Shown here: positions 1-12,682 of the stretch, in pieces
How positions within the stretch are numbered: the first letter of the stretch is position 1
How the letters are laid out: each line of letters begins with the position of its first letter
Assembly (NCBI GenBank): GCA_032718475.1
Contig: JAUCBJ010008890.1
Span: 62,001 to 126,000 of the forward strand
DNA from: Nemertoderma westbladi
Taxonomy: Eukaryota; Animalia; Xenacoelomorpha
Length of the DNA stretch: 64,000 nucleotides
Direction: 5' to 3'
Notes under the pieces: generated by a model
The model's database searches: none
Seen by the model: only the letters and a program-made list of their open reading frames with translations
What the model was told of the DNA's origin: nothing
Made by a program: the position numbers and the translations under genes

Positions 1-399
1 CAGCTGAGTTGCCCGCAGTGACTGATGAAGCTGTAGATTACTTAAGTACTCTCACGATGTAAGACGCACAATGGATATTTTACAAACCCTACAGTGTCAT
101 TACTATTTAAATAATCCTGAATTTATTCAGAATATAGCGGCAAATTTATCAATCCATTACGAATACGTTGGGCTAGGCAGGTAAATAAATTTAGGATTAG
201 GTGTGGCCGTGACCCCGGAATGGATGAGAAATGTCGCCATGTGTATTTTGCCAAAAAATTCACTTTACTGCTCAGTGCACTCAACTACAGGATAATGGTA
301 GCCGCGCGTGTTATGATTTCGTGGCTGAACATAAGTTATGTACGTTATGTCTCCGGAAAGGGCATTGGCGGAAAAAGCTTCCTATTTAAACCATCACGA

Positions 400-1193
400 A
401 AATCCCATGCCTTGACCAAACGTGGCTGTCTTGTTTGCTTAGCGTCTATATATGATCCATTTAGGACTCCTGGCTCCCATTATTCTACAGGGAAAACATT
501 TCCTTCAGAAACTATAGGGACTAAAATTGAACTGGGACAATTTGTTCTAGAACAATCGTTAGCATCTGAATGGCTACAGTGGTACAATCAACTAGATCAG
601 CTTGAAAATCTTCAGATCCCACGCCATTATTTTGCAATACCATTTCGACTGATACTGATGTGTTACAATTACATCACTTTTGCGATGCCAGTTTAACCGG
701 ATATGGTTGTTTATCATACATACGTAAAGTGTCACCCTCAGGCCACATAACTTGTTCCATGGTGTATGCAAAGACACGTACTGCACCTCTAAAGAAGGTT
801 TCCATTCGAAGACTTGAATTGCAGTCAGCCGTTTTACTCGTACGTAGTCATAGGCAGTTTGCTGCGAGCATCACCCTGCAGATTCATTCAAACAATGTAA
901 TATGTTGGAGTGACAGCACAAGCGTTTTGTGTCAGATCGCTAATGAGTCTCGGAGATTCGAAACATACGAAGCCAACCGAATTGAAGAAATTCGACGCTA
1001 CACAGCTCCCTCTCAATGGCGTCATATTCCTGGTACGAAGAATCCAGCAGACATCGCCAGCCGTGGGGCCGAGCCATTAGATTTTGTTACCAAATACCAG
1101 GATTGTTGGTACGGCGGCCAACAATTTTTAAGACAGCCTGAATCGCAGTGGGGCTCTTCTCTAACTCAAACCAATCCAATGAAGGACGCATAA
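400..1193 (+). pseudogene. Degraded BEL/Pao pol fragment (connection + RNase H), different family from elements 1 and 2
   Basis: Frameshifted Pao motifs: TKRGCLVCLASIYDPF, LHHFCDASLTGYG, AKTRTAPLKKVSIRRLELQSA, WSDSTSVL, WRHIPGTKNPADIASRG. Confidence 0.85.
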
Positions 1194-1212
1194 ATTCCCC
1201 CTGAGGCTGGTT

Positions 1213-1557
1213 TACTACTACTACTAGGTCGAGCGAACTCGGACAATGGAAATGAGATCCTTCCAGGCTTCCCGATTCTCCATAGTTGTCGCAATTCCGT
1301 TTCTCCCAAGTTCAGTATCCCTTTCAAGTTGATCTATATATGCTATGGCTGGTCGTACACGACTACGCTTCCCATGAGTTTTGTGCCAGAAAAGTAGATC
1401 TGGTATGACCTCGTCTTTACTTCGCCAGCAGTGCCCACTGAATCTTAATCTGCGTTCACGGATGGTGGTTGATACAGGTGGTATTGTACCATAAAGCTCG
1501 GCGTTTGTCATGTGTTGTCTCCAGCTGATGTTTATGGCTGCCCTTAGTAGTCTTGTG
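1213..1557 (-). mobile_element. 5'-truncated RTE-clade LINE, family A (3' end)
   Basis: C-terminus IRERRLRFSGHCWRS...GKRSRVRPAIAYIDQL...NREAWK; the stop codon runs directly into a (TAG)n tail; near-identical 3' end at 33845-33981. Confidence 0.8.
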
Positions 1558-1598
<41 letters not shown>

Positions 1599-3140
1599 AC
1601 TAGGATCGGCATGCTGCATTGCAGCTGCATTTTTAAGATTGCTGTGCCGGCTTGTCAACAAAATTGCGCCGCCACAACTCCCTATCACCCATGACATTTG
1701 CTAGATCATCCGCATCTTCAAGGCCAGTGTCCTTTAAGATGCGTCTAAGAAATTCATGGGCTGTCCACCATGCTTATTAACTCCATGAGGCTTCCAAAGT
1801 ACAAGATTATGCACTGGCTGGTCCTCACGGCGAAAGCAATGTCCTGCAAAGCGGAGGCGATTTTGTTCTGGTGTCAAGCTTGGGGGAACCAATGAGACAC
1901 CTCCAATGTTATATAGTGTATGTTTGGAGATGTGTGCATTGTACTTGACACAATGAACCCGGCAAAGTATTCTTGTGAATGTGCCATCCAGAGATTTGGT
2001 GTCCTCAGCAGTTAGAGCCCAGCATGGACTCCCATAGAGGAGTACTAGAACTACTGCTACTCTAAATAATCGGACCTTAAGTTTTCGATTAATTCTCGGT
2101 GACTTCCAAATCCTGGAAAGCATATTCAAGGCTGCCCTGACTTCCGGATCCATGATCCCGGGTAACAGAAGTCGTCCACATGCTCAACCATACCATCCTT
2201 TGAGCTTATGCTCATCCGATCAGAGACTTTCTGAGGACTTTAAAAGTTAACTGTCAAATTTTTGGTCTTTCTGGAGTTAATAAAAAGACCAACACTAGAA
2301 GCAGCATGTTCTAATGAGCTGAGGGGCCGTTGGGCTCCCTCTAGTGATTCTGAGAGTACTCCTAAGTCATCAGCAAAGTCTAGATCAGTTAGGTACTTGG
2401 CAGGATTTCCTCGACTTCTGGAGCCAGTAGGGGGAGTTATCATCACCACATCATCATTATGATGATCTAAGGACATGCGTAGAACATAGTCAACCACAAT
2501 TATGAACAAGAATGGTGCAAGTGTGTCTCCCTGGAGGACGCCCCATAACACTTAAATGGTTCTGTGTCACCGTCAACAGTAGACACAAATGTTGTCGAAC
2601 CATCATACAGTATACTGATCTGATTGCTGCAATAATTTCATCAGGAATCCCATAAAATGAAAGTATGCTGAACATTCGTGAGCGAGAGACTGAATCAAAG
2701 GCATTGAATAAGTCAACAAAGATAACAGCCAGATGCCTGTCTTTCTTTTTTGATAACTCTTTCAATTATCCTTTTAAGTGCCAAAATGGGCTCCATGGTC
2801 CCACGACCTTTACGGAACCCATTCTGATTTCCACGGAGCAGTTTCTCAATGGGATCCCTGATGCGATTTAATAGAATTCTATTGTATAGCTTTGCAGCAA
2901 TCGAGATCAATGAGATTCCCCGAAAAAAACCATAGAGTGTTAGGTTGCCCTTCTTGGGATCTGGCACCAACTTACAGTATTTGTTTTCATTTCTTGTGGG
3001 ACTCTTGTTGTTCGGTACATGTCTACTATGATGGGATGGATGAGCTTTAAACACTCAGGTATTTTAAAGACCTCAGGGGAACACCATCTACTCCACTGTC
3101 ACGATTGGTCTTAATGCTCTTTGCAGCAGCCTTCACTCTT
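1558..3140 (-). mobile_element. Degraded RTE-clade LINE, family B (RT + C-terminus)
   Basis: RT motifs RGISLISIAAKLYNRILLNRI, QNGFRKGRGT, FVDLFNAFDSVSR, GVLQGDTLAPFLF, LDFADD, RLRFAGHCFRR across frameshifts; (TAG)n tail at ~1558-1598. Confidence 0.85.
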
Positions 3141-3785
3141 CAAGTATCTGGCATCCTTTGGGTCCGTGCTCAAAGAATCTGGCATCCTTTGGGTCCGTGT
3201 TCAAAGAATCTTAGATCCTTTGGGTCCGTGTGCAAAGTATGACATCCTTTGGGTCCGTGTGCAAAGTATCTGACATCATTTGGGTCCGTGGGCAAAGTAT
3301 CTGCCAACATTTGGGTCCGTGTGCAAAGTATCTGCCAACATTTGGGTCCGTGTGCAAAATATCTGACATCCTTTGGGTCCGTGTGCAAAGTATATGACAA
3401 GTATCTGCCAACGTTTGGGTGCGTGTTCAATGTATCTGTCAATATTTGGGTTCGTGTGCAAAGTATATGACATCCTTTGGGTCGTGTGCAAAGTATATGA
3501 CATCCTTTGGGTCAGTGTGCAAAGTATCTGCCAACATTTGGGTCCGTGTTAAAAGTATCTGACATCCTTTGGGTCCGTGTGCAAAGTATATGACATCCTT
3601 TGGGTCCGTGTGCAAAGTATCTGACATCGTTTGGGTCCGTGTGCAAAGTATCTGGCATCATTTGGGTCCGTGTTTAAAGTATCTACCAAGATTTGGGTCC
3701 CTTCTTAACCTATCTACTCTCATTTGGGTCCGTGTTCAACATGTCTGTCAACCTTTGGGTCCGTGTTCAACGTACAGTATCTGAC
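3141..3785. repeat. ~31-bp tandem repeat, about 20 copies
   Basis: Unit GTATCTGACATCCTTTGGGTCCGTGTGCAAA with variants; the overlapping minus-strand ORFs are repeat artefacts. Confidence 0.9.
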
Positions 3786-5603
3786 ATGCTTCGGCACCAT
3801 TTTATTACCATCATTAACATTAGTAGGTGAATAGGGTAGATGGTATACAAAGTAACCAATAAGAAATCACCATGGAAAAGTTAGTCAGATTCAATCAGCT
3901 GATTCAAATTTATCCAAAAAATGAGGTTTTGGCTCTTTGTGGCGCAGTGCTTTCCTTATATTTGCATAATTTTTCGCAGAATTTACTTTGATAGCATTAA
4001 TTTAACACTGTGCAACATCTCCTGTGTCGGAGTGGGTTGGTGCCTCATTGCTTCATAGTGTAATGGTCATTTTTTGGGTCCGTGTGGATCTTTGTGCATT
4101 ATCGGACGTTTTCTGCAGTAAATTTATTTGGCAATCGTTGCGAAGTTCTAATTGTGGTCTCTTGCGGATGCCATACCGGTGCTACAATTCCCTGTCCACT
4201 GAAGGAATCAATAGTTTATTTCTAGTAAATTATTTAAAATGACAAAAAATGTTTTCCTGTACAATATGTTTGTACTACACGATCACGATATATTTAATAA
4301 GGGGATAACCGAAACGTAGTATATAATACAAACTCACAGTGTGATATACAATTATTACAAATACAAATAGAAATCAAGTAAAGATATATCATCAACTACA
4401 GAAATAGGGAAACGATGCACAATAATATATATTACAAAATATATTTACAGCAGAAAATATTAATTAAAAAGGAACACTTTAAAAGTTTATTTGAGATAAA
4501 TTATCATCAAGTAGAGAACTCACATAGAGAACATCGAGTGATTCAAATAAGAAATCACACGGATGAGGATGAGGAATTTAAATAAATTCGCGATGTGCAG
4601 AAAGGACGTCGTATTCCTTCGACATATGTTCTGCCTCGAAATGACACGAAACATAAAAGTGTGATTTATACATAAGTAAGTAAAATAGCTATAATTCCTG
4701 TTCGAATAATCTGGTTTAAATCTAAACCAAAAGCAACGCGCGCGTTCATGTTTGGTTACTTTTATTGTTCCCTTCCAGAGACCCAACAAATTTATTTCAT
4801 ACTTTAAGTTGTTTTTTTATATATTTTAAAGAATATTAAAAAAAAATCATCTATAACTAAGAAATAAATTTTAAAAATATAAATAAAATTAACAAATCTT
4901 TAAACATTTGAAAAGATCTGAAAAAACTAGAAAGTTTTAATTGAATGATCTCCTAATATAATTTGATATTTAACCGCTGTCTATATGATAAATGAAACAA
5001 ATATAACATGTCGTGAAGGTGAATATTATATTTAAAAATAAAACTACGTATTTTATGTTATATTTACTGAGATTAGCGACTTTAACAAAGTATCGAGAGC
5101 CGAAAATCAAATTTTGTTCTACATTATTTACAACGCAAATTATTATTATTGAGGCATTTACTCTAACGTGAGTTAGTTGGGGTCAGAATTGATTTATTAA
5201 TCAATACATAAGTTAGCGCGCAGCAGTAAATGGTGATAATCAGAAACGATGCCTAACAGCGCTGGTTCAACCCCCAGTAATGTCCACCATATTACCGGTA
5301 CATAATTTAACTTTAACAGAAGTTCGTAAATAATAACCGATATCCTCGCTACGCTCATTCACTATACAACAGATCTCAGGGGCGATATATAAATCCTATT
5401 ACATTTTATATTTACCACAATAAATATAGTTTTTCCTTCCCGTTTCAATCTTTAATATTAACTATTCTGAAAGAATAGAAATTAACAGCACCATTCGGAT
5501 TCATAAACTAATAAAAATACAAAAACTACTTGCGACACTTTCACAATAAACCGTAAATGTTATTAATTAACTACAATAGAAAACATTTCGTTACGACATT
5601 CAA

Positions 5604-7019
5604 TTAATTTATGTCAGAAAGATTAACGTAATTAATTAAAGTTAACGGCAAAGACAATAAAGCGACTGATTTACTGACAGGGAACTTTATATTGTTTCTT
5701 ATTGTCCGTCTCGCCATTTGTTTGAGAGTCGCCGTGGACAGCAGAGCGCAACGAGTTTCCCGTATAAAGGCGAGGTTTGCGATCCGTCCTTGGTGGTTGG
5801 CGACGTCCAGGGCGGCCAGCAGCACCTCGCGGGATCCTTCGTCCGAGGCGAACCCCGTCGCCAACAGCAACCGAGTCCCGAGCACCAACCCCGGGGTCAG
5901 CGCCTCGCTGCGGAGGGTGTTGGCCAGCAGCAGAGAGTCCTCCAGGCCGAGACACGAGTAGCCGAGGTCGAGCAGCGCGCGGATGTTAGCGAGCGCCCCC
6001 CAGCGGTGGGACGCGGTGAGCAGCGTGTGGTTGTCGGCCCCCCGGCTGTACAGGTCGGCCCCGTTGGCCACGAGGAACTCGACCAGCGCCGGGGCCTCCA
6101 GCACCGGGTTCCGTGCCAGTAGGAGGAGCATCCTCGAGGAGTAGGCCGCGACGTGGGCTCCCCCGAAGTTGGCTAGATCGTCCGCTGAGAAAGCCGCGTC
6201 GTGTGCGACCAGGAGGGACGCTAGACGCGCGTTCTGGACGTCTTCCAACACGGTGAGACCGATCGGCGTCGCCCCGATAGTGGCGTCGTACCGACACGGG
6301 TTCACTTCCGGTTGTTTCAACAGGTACTCCACGATCTCTGTGCGACCCGCTTGTATCGCGGCTGTCAGCGGCGACTGACACCGCCCGCAGTTGTGTAGTA
6401 ACGCGCGTTTCCCAACGAGCAGTCGCACGATCCCGAGGTGTCCCGCCGTTATCGCGCAGTGCAACGGGGTTTTACTCAACTTCCTCGGGGCGCGCAACAT
6501 CCCGCTCCATTGGGTTTCGTTGCTGAACTCTACGCAGACGTCCGGGGGCACTCCGTTGGCGACCAGTAGTTCTATCAGCCCCGGGCGGTTTCGGATACAC
6601 GCGATATGCAGTGCTGAGAATCCTCCGTACTTCTGAAGCAGCGGGTTGGCGCCGTGACTCAGTAAGAGTTTAGCGATATCGAAGGCCTGCGTTCCTTCGG
6701 CGTGGACGCACTCTATAAGCGGGTAGGTCGCATAGCCAGACCCCTCGCGACGCGGGGTCACTATCGGCCAGTTAGGGTCGGCCCCCTGTCGCAGTAGCTC
6801 CTCCACGATCAGTTTCCGACCACCCACGGCCGCGAGGAATAGCAACTTGGATAGGAACTGCGGCCAGTCGAGTTTGTCCCGTTGCTTCGCCGTGTGAAGG
6901 TATTCCCGCAATCCCGCCACGTTGGAACTACGAATTAACGGTCGAACCTCGATTATACGTTGCCAATCTTTATCTCGAGACCCTTTCTCGGAATGATCAC
7001 GGGATTTTTTATTCTCCAT
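5604..7019 (-). CDS. Intronless ankyrin-repeat and SOCS-box protein (ASB-like), ~471 aa
   Basis: Multiple ANK repeats (GFSALHIACIRNRPGLIELLVANG, KTPLHCAITAGHLGIVRLLVGKRA, QSPLTAAIQAGRTEIVEYLL); C-terminal SOCS box TLKQMARRTIR...LSLPLTLINYV; first ATG is at 7019 (the ORF track starts at a TTG); GC/CpG-rich open frame. Confidence 0.88.
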   Translation of the reverse strand: MENKKSRDHSEKGSRDKDWQRIIEVRPLIRSSNVAGLREYLHTAKQRDKLDWPQFLSKLLFLAAVGGRKLIVEELLRQGADPNWPIVTPRREGSGYATYPLIECVHAEGTQAFDIAKLLLSHGANPLLQKYGGFSALHIACIRNRPGLIELLVANGVPPDVCVEFSNETQWSGMLRAPRKLSKTPLHCAITAGHLGIVRLLVGKRALLHNCGRCQSPLTAAIQAGRTEIVEYLLKQPEVNPCRYDATIGATPIGLTVLEDVQNARLASLLVAHDAAFSADDLANFGGAHVAAYSSRMLLLLARNPVLEAPALVEFLVANGADLYSRGADNHTLLTASHRWGALANIRALLDLGYSCLGLEDSLLLANTLRSEALTPGLVLGTRLLLATGFASDEGSREVLLAALDVANHQGRIANLAFIRETRCALLSTATLKQMARRTIRNNIKFPVSKSVALLSLPLTLINYVNLSDIN

Positions 7020-7937
7020 TTCCAAATTTCAGCATTTATAGGCTACGGTACAGCGGTACCACAATCTGACATTACCCTGTTACCACTTCAGCACTTTGCA
7101 CTTACTGACTTATTAGATTACAGCATTGCTGCATTGCAGTCAGATTTGTCTATGCCGTAGGCTGCTAGGACTACCGTCCAGTCAGGGAGATCATCAATTT
7201 TGGGGTTACCCCAAATTTCGAATTCTGGTAATAGACTGTCGAAAATTGGGGTTTTTTGTTCAAATTTGAGGTATTTTTAGGCTCATAATATCGAGTGTTG
7301 CTGCGACTTAGGGAAACTATTGGAGCAACTTCTACTTTTAATATGTTAAAATATAATGTAAAATAAGAACTTTTATCGATGCAATAAAATATTTCACCGA
7401 TGCAAACATGCTTTTATTGGGGGCGAAAATTGAAATTTGAGGTTAAACCTCAAATTTGAGACAAAACCTCAAATTTCGCCAGCCTGTACAACATCACCAG
7501 CCTGTCAGCAGTAGGGTGTAGCAGTAGGCTTTGCTGCTTAGTGCTTATAGAGCTTGGTGAGAATGGGTGACCAGTGTAACCTGTGACATGACATGTATGC
7601 AGGGTAGGCTTAACCTTACAGCACAGTAACTTACAGTCAATAACTTTAATGATTGTTAACTCCGTTAGTGATTGGTGAGAAAAATGCAGAAGACTATAGA
7701 AATTATCTATCCTTACAGCCTTACTGTTGGTAAGAAGAACAGTAGACCAAATCCTCACTGTTGCGAGATTCAAGCTCACACAGCTGCACAGTCACAGACT
7801 CAGGAAGACCTACTATATCTTGTGGATGTTGAATCAATTCCAGAATTTGGAAGTTTACATATTCTGGCATTCATCTGTTCTGTACGGTGGCTGAATTGTG
7901 CCACTTAATACTTTTTTTTTATTTTTTTTTTGAAGTG

Positions 7938-8066
7938 ACTTTTTGGTCGACCAAAAAGTACTTTTTGGTCGACCAATAAGTCGACTTTTTGGTCGACCAA
8001 AATATTTTTGGTCGACCAAAAAGTACTTTTTGGTCGACCAAAAAGTACTTTTTGGTCGGAAAAAAA
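7938..8066. repeat. Tandem array of palindromic ~22-bp units
   Basis: TTTTTGGTCGACCAAAAA palindromes joined by GTAC-type spacers, about 5-6 copies. Confidence 0.85.
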
Positions 8067-8104
8067 TATGTTTTCTGGTTGTTGATGTCCTCTTTAACAC
8101 TTTG

Positions 8105-8893
8105 TATATCAAATGCGAATGGGCAAAGGTTTGGCAGATGAGTTACAATGTCAAAAAGTGCTCAGTCGTCTCTCTACAGGCTAATAGTCAAACGGTGCGT
8201 TCCTACTACATGGGTGAAACGTGTCTACAACATCTCAGTGAAGCGAAGGATTTAGGTGTTATAATATCATCCGACTTGAGATTCAGTGAGCATGTGGGGC
8301 TTGTGTCTGCCAAGGCACGTAGAACCTGTTGTCAGATTCGTCGAAACTTTCATCATCGCAGTGCATACCATCAATTTGAGCTATTTAGAGTTTATGCACG
8401 GTCAATCTTAGAATACAATTGCGCAATCTGGTGCCCCTATCTTGATAAGGACATCAATATTATAGAACAGGTTCAACGAGATTTTACCCGTCGCCTGCCC
8501 GGCCTTCAAGGTTTGAGCTACGCAGAGCGACTGAACCGGCTCAACACCCATTCCCTTGAGGAACGGCGCATCGTTATCGATCTGGTGGAAATGTTTAAAA
8601 TTATTCGTGGGTTCAGTCCTATATCTGATCTACAGATGTTTAAACTGCCATCCACCCGAACTCGATCAAACGGTTACAAAGTAACCATTCCTCACTCGCG
8701 TAACTGTATCCATCAGAACCACTTCTCGGTCCGTCGCATCACCCTGTGGAACTCTCTTCCCTCAACAGTTGTTGGTGCCTCCACCACGTTGGGTTTTCGC
8801 ACCCGAATCAATAACATTGATTTATCTGCTCAATGCACTGGTTCCTGGAAAAACACCATGAATACCGTCCATATCTACTCCAACGTTAATTAA
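8105..8893 (+). mobile_element. 5'-truncated CR1-clade LINE (post-RT C-terminus), nested in the TIR element
   Basis: WQMSYNVKKC, KDLGVIISSDLRFSEHV, ILEYNCAIWCPY, IEQVQRDFTRRLPGL, SYAERL, SLEERR, FSVRRITLWNSLP; the 3' UTR may extend to a TCAAAT-type tail near 9600. Confidence 0.85.
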
Positions 8894-10500
8894 TTATCTA
8901 TCATTATTATTATTGATTAAATATTAAATGTGTTGGCATAATTTAAATTTAAAACTATTTAAATTTAAAACTATTTAAAACTAATAAACTCAAGCCGCCA
9001 TACAAGATTGTGATGAATGATTTATTTTTACTGTAATAATATAATACACTTTGATCCATATTTTAATTAATGTTTCGATCTACAGTACTAAATATGAATA
9101 ATGTATACGTATAGTGAACTATTAATTGTCTGATTTATGTACCGTACTGAATTTTACTCTACAATTTATTACATATTTTGATAAAAATTATTGCGTATTT
9201 TTATTGCATATTTAAATTTTTTTTTTTTAAATTTTATTTACTTATTATGCCATATACTGTACCTACTCCAATGTTTCAATGAATTAATATCTATAAATTA
9301 ATGTGCATTACGTAAACATGCACTTTTATTCTGTTCTGCATTTCATTTCATTTTATTTTGTTTATTAATACATAAGTTGTACTTATTTTACTCTGTGGTG
9401 CTTTATTGCATGGCTGAGTGCATAATTTTAACATACTGTATAAACCAATATTTACTTGATTACCATACTAACTATCCAGGCTGCAAATGAAGTCCTGGCT
9501 AACTATCCTACCGGTATCTATGAAAATGGTAATCTTGTTTGTTATGTTTGTTATGTTTCGTTACTTTTATATTTGTCGATGTCATTATACTCAAATTCAA
9601 ATGAAGCCATTCCTCTCCTGATAGCCTGATTTAATATTCGCCTGCCACAGACAGACAGATTGGAGCCAATTTCTAGACAAATGTTGCCGCAAAGGTTGAC
9701 AGGTTGAGGTGGTTTATACAATATATGTGGACTTGATTCTTTTGTTAGTTATTCTATATGACTGGCAACTGGAGACTCTAAAGTTGGAACCACTACCTAC
9801 TGCAGTATACATCAATTAAAGTTCAATTTGATAATGTGCTTTAAACTTATATGTAAAGATCTAAACCTGATCCTCCATTACAACAATGTGCAATGTGCAA
9901 CATAATATCCCAGCCAGACATCCAATGCAATCATGACCTGGCCATATATATAAAATTATGAAGCAAAGGCCAAGCCCCGCCCATCTGCCCATGCTGCCAT
10001 GTCTGGGTCTGCTTTTTCCATACATCACCTCTTCTTTATCAGGGTCATTAACATATGGAACATGCTGGACCTGGAACACAGTAGAAACATCATCATCTCA
10101 TCACTAATCGCTAGTCTTTTAAACAGTCTTTAGACTCTGCTTTCTTATCAAGACATCTGAAATGTTTTAGAAATCTAAGTGACTGTTTGTTTATAGGCCT
10201 ACTATACATACATAAATCCTTATAAATTGACCTCATGAGGAACCAGAATCATTTATAACTTGGGCAAAAAGTATAACCTTTTTCACCAACCTATTCTCGA
10301 GGCTTTATCTCATTTCTGGAGTAAACCTTGCAGGCACTAAAGTTGCATTGCAATAGTCGATAGTGTGTAGTGTAGGGATGGATTTTGCTTTTTATTCCAA
10401 AATTTTAACATTACGAAATGATTGTACATACATATACATTTCGATCAAAAATTTTGATCAACACTTTCAATGAAATTTTAGAAATTCCACCAAAAATATT

Positions 10501-10769
10501 TTGGCACTTGTGTCAAATCAAATAGGTGACCCTCCTAATCTGCTAATCCTGAAATCACCAGCTAATGCTGAAATTTAGTGCAGGTGATATCAATATTCCT
10601 AACTCTTGTTTATTGTTTTTTGGTTACTTTCAACTCACCTCTGTAACCTGCTCCTTTGCTAACCCTGTAACCGGACACTAGTGAAAGTGACTTTAGTTTT
10701 GGTGATTTCAGGATTAGCAGAATAGGAGCTAGGAGGGTCTCCTACAGCCCTATTTGACACAAGTGCCAA
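10501..10769. mobile_element. MITE-like inverted-repeat element
   Basis: TTGGCACTTGTGTCAAAT...ATTTGACACAAGTGCCAA plus an inner IR TCTGCTAATCCTGAAATCACCA / TGGTGATTTCAGGATTAGCAGA; TSD unclear. Confidence 0.65.
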
Positions 10770-12597
10770 TGTTATATTTTACTTTTTTTACCGGGAGAAA
10801 AAGTAAAATCAAAGCAAAATTATGGCTCTATGGTGCATTATTATGTGGCAATATTATTGCAGGTTGCTGTGTTGCCGACTTTGCAAAAGCTGTGCCCAAC
10901 AAAAGATTTAATAATATTCAGATATTACGGGGACAACTTTTTCCCTACTAGTGGGGAAAAAAAGTAGGCCTACTACTTTTTCTCCCGATTTTAGGGCATA
11001 TTCAAGCAAAAAAGTAACAATATAAAAATATAAGTTCTTTAAGCTCTGTACTTCGTTTTATATGTCTACCATCTGATCAGCCACCCCACTGCACCCCTAC
11101 CAGTAGCCTTTTTTAAGTATAAGCCTTTTTAAACTAATACTGAATATGTTTTAATTTTAAATATTATATTTCACAACACTCAGACACTACCCTAGGCCTA
11201 CATCAGTTTATTTTTTTACCTTTGCAATACAGTAACAAGCTAACAACTACTGAACTAGGGCAACTATGACTTCTGTCTGTATCTGACTATGCTGCTATGA
11301 AATTCAAATTTGAGGTATAACTCAAATTTAGAGAATTAACCTAACCTTGTATTAAAATTGAGGTAATTCCAAAATTGGGTCTATAATTTGAAATTTGAGG
11401 TATAACTCAAATTTAGAGAATTAACCTAACCTTGTATTAAAATTGAGGTAATTCCAAAATTGGGTCTATAATTTGAAATTTGAGGTATTCTCAAATTTGA
11501 TGATCTCCCTGACTGCCGTCTGACAGCGGACAGTGCTGCAGTGTAACATAATCGCGTTTCGGGAATGCTACAGACAGACCTTGGACCAATTGAATGGATA
11601 GGATGTAGCGTTTGCACGGGTGTAAACACTACGCCGACAACCGGCAACCACTGCCTGACTGCCGACAACAGAAAATATGAAAATGTAACCTGAGTTCGTA
11701 ACTCTCGTTTATTGTTTTGGTTAGACTAACCTTCCACTGTAACCTGTTCCTTTCCCTCAATTAATAAATAACATTAATTAGCTTTAATAATGGTTGTCGG
11801 CGTTGGTTGTCGGCGTTACGGCGTAGCATTTACACCCCGTTTGCACGAAGTGGTTGGTATCATAAAAGTTGTGTGAATAAAACGCAACACGAGATTCGGG
11901 GTGATGAACTGATATGTGAGACCTGCATGTTTGCCCCCATTGCATATTACTACGTGGCAAGTACTTCAATGAGATATTGTATAAGTACAGTATGTTTATT
12001 ACTAAACCGGACTTAACTATAAATATTTCATTTACAGTTTACATCATTGTAATTAAACTATCCACTTAAACTACATACGTTTTTTTTTCTTGCATCTGTG
12101 CATATTATGCCTGGTATTGTACCATCAGACCATATAATAATATATGGGTTAATGGGTTACTCGATTACTAACTGACTAACACTAGCAGGTTGCAGCTTAA
12201 TTGCTGTAATATCTGATTACTTTGGAATAATGTCAACCTGAACTTTTTCATGTTAGCAATATTCCATTCTCATTGACTCTGTGTTAAACAGGATTAACGT
12301 GATTGGTTGCTGCTTAGTAGCAGCCCCTAGCAGGTTTCTCCAACCACATCACTTGTTTTATACACAATGGAATAATGTTAACTGGAAAAGCCACGATCTA
12401 AGCACCCGTGGAGGGAGGGGGGGGGGGGGGGGGGGGGCTGTACTGAAATTAGAAATTAAGTTGTAAGATTTTATTGTAAAATTTTATACTATTTTACAAT
12501 ACGCATCGAATAAAATAGCCTCGCGCCGGTGCATAACCATGCAAAATTTGAACGTTCATGTCTCAGCTTTTTTTTCAACGAAATTCAAATTGTGTTA

Positions 12598-12682
12598 CAG
12601 CCACAGCCCCAGCCTCAGCCTCAGTCACAGCCTCAGCCACAGCCACAGCCTCACCCTCAGCCTCAGCCTCACCCTCAGCCAC
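12598..12682. repeat. (CAGCCT/CAGCCA)n hexanucleotide microsatellite
   Basis: Directly visible; produces the spurious PQPQ ORFs. Confidence 0.9.

Larger units (their letters stand above)
7179..11515. mobile_element. 4.3-kb non-autonomous TIR DNA transposon with 5-bp TSD
   Basis: ~46-bp imperfect TIRs starting CAGTCAGGGAGATCATCAA (7179) and ending TTGATGATCTCCCTGACTG (11515); CCGTC at 7174-7178 and 11516-11520; subterminal AAATTTGAGGT repeats at both ends. Confidence 0.8.

Noticed and set aside
3141-3785. Repeat-protein ORFs (HTDPKD / FAHGPK) or CRISPR
   Set aside because: The 31-bp period is not a multiple of 3, all frames give similar short ORFs, and there are no spacers
5671-6636. Several overlapping ORFs in the ASB region
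   Set aside because: Expected by-products of high GC; no recognisable motifs
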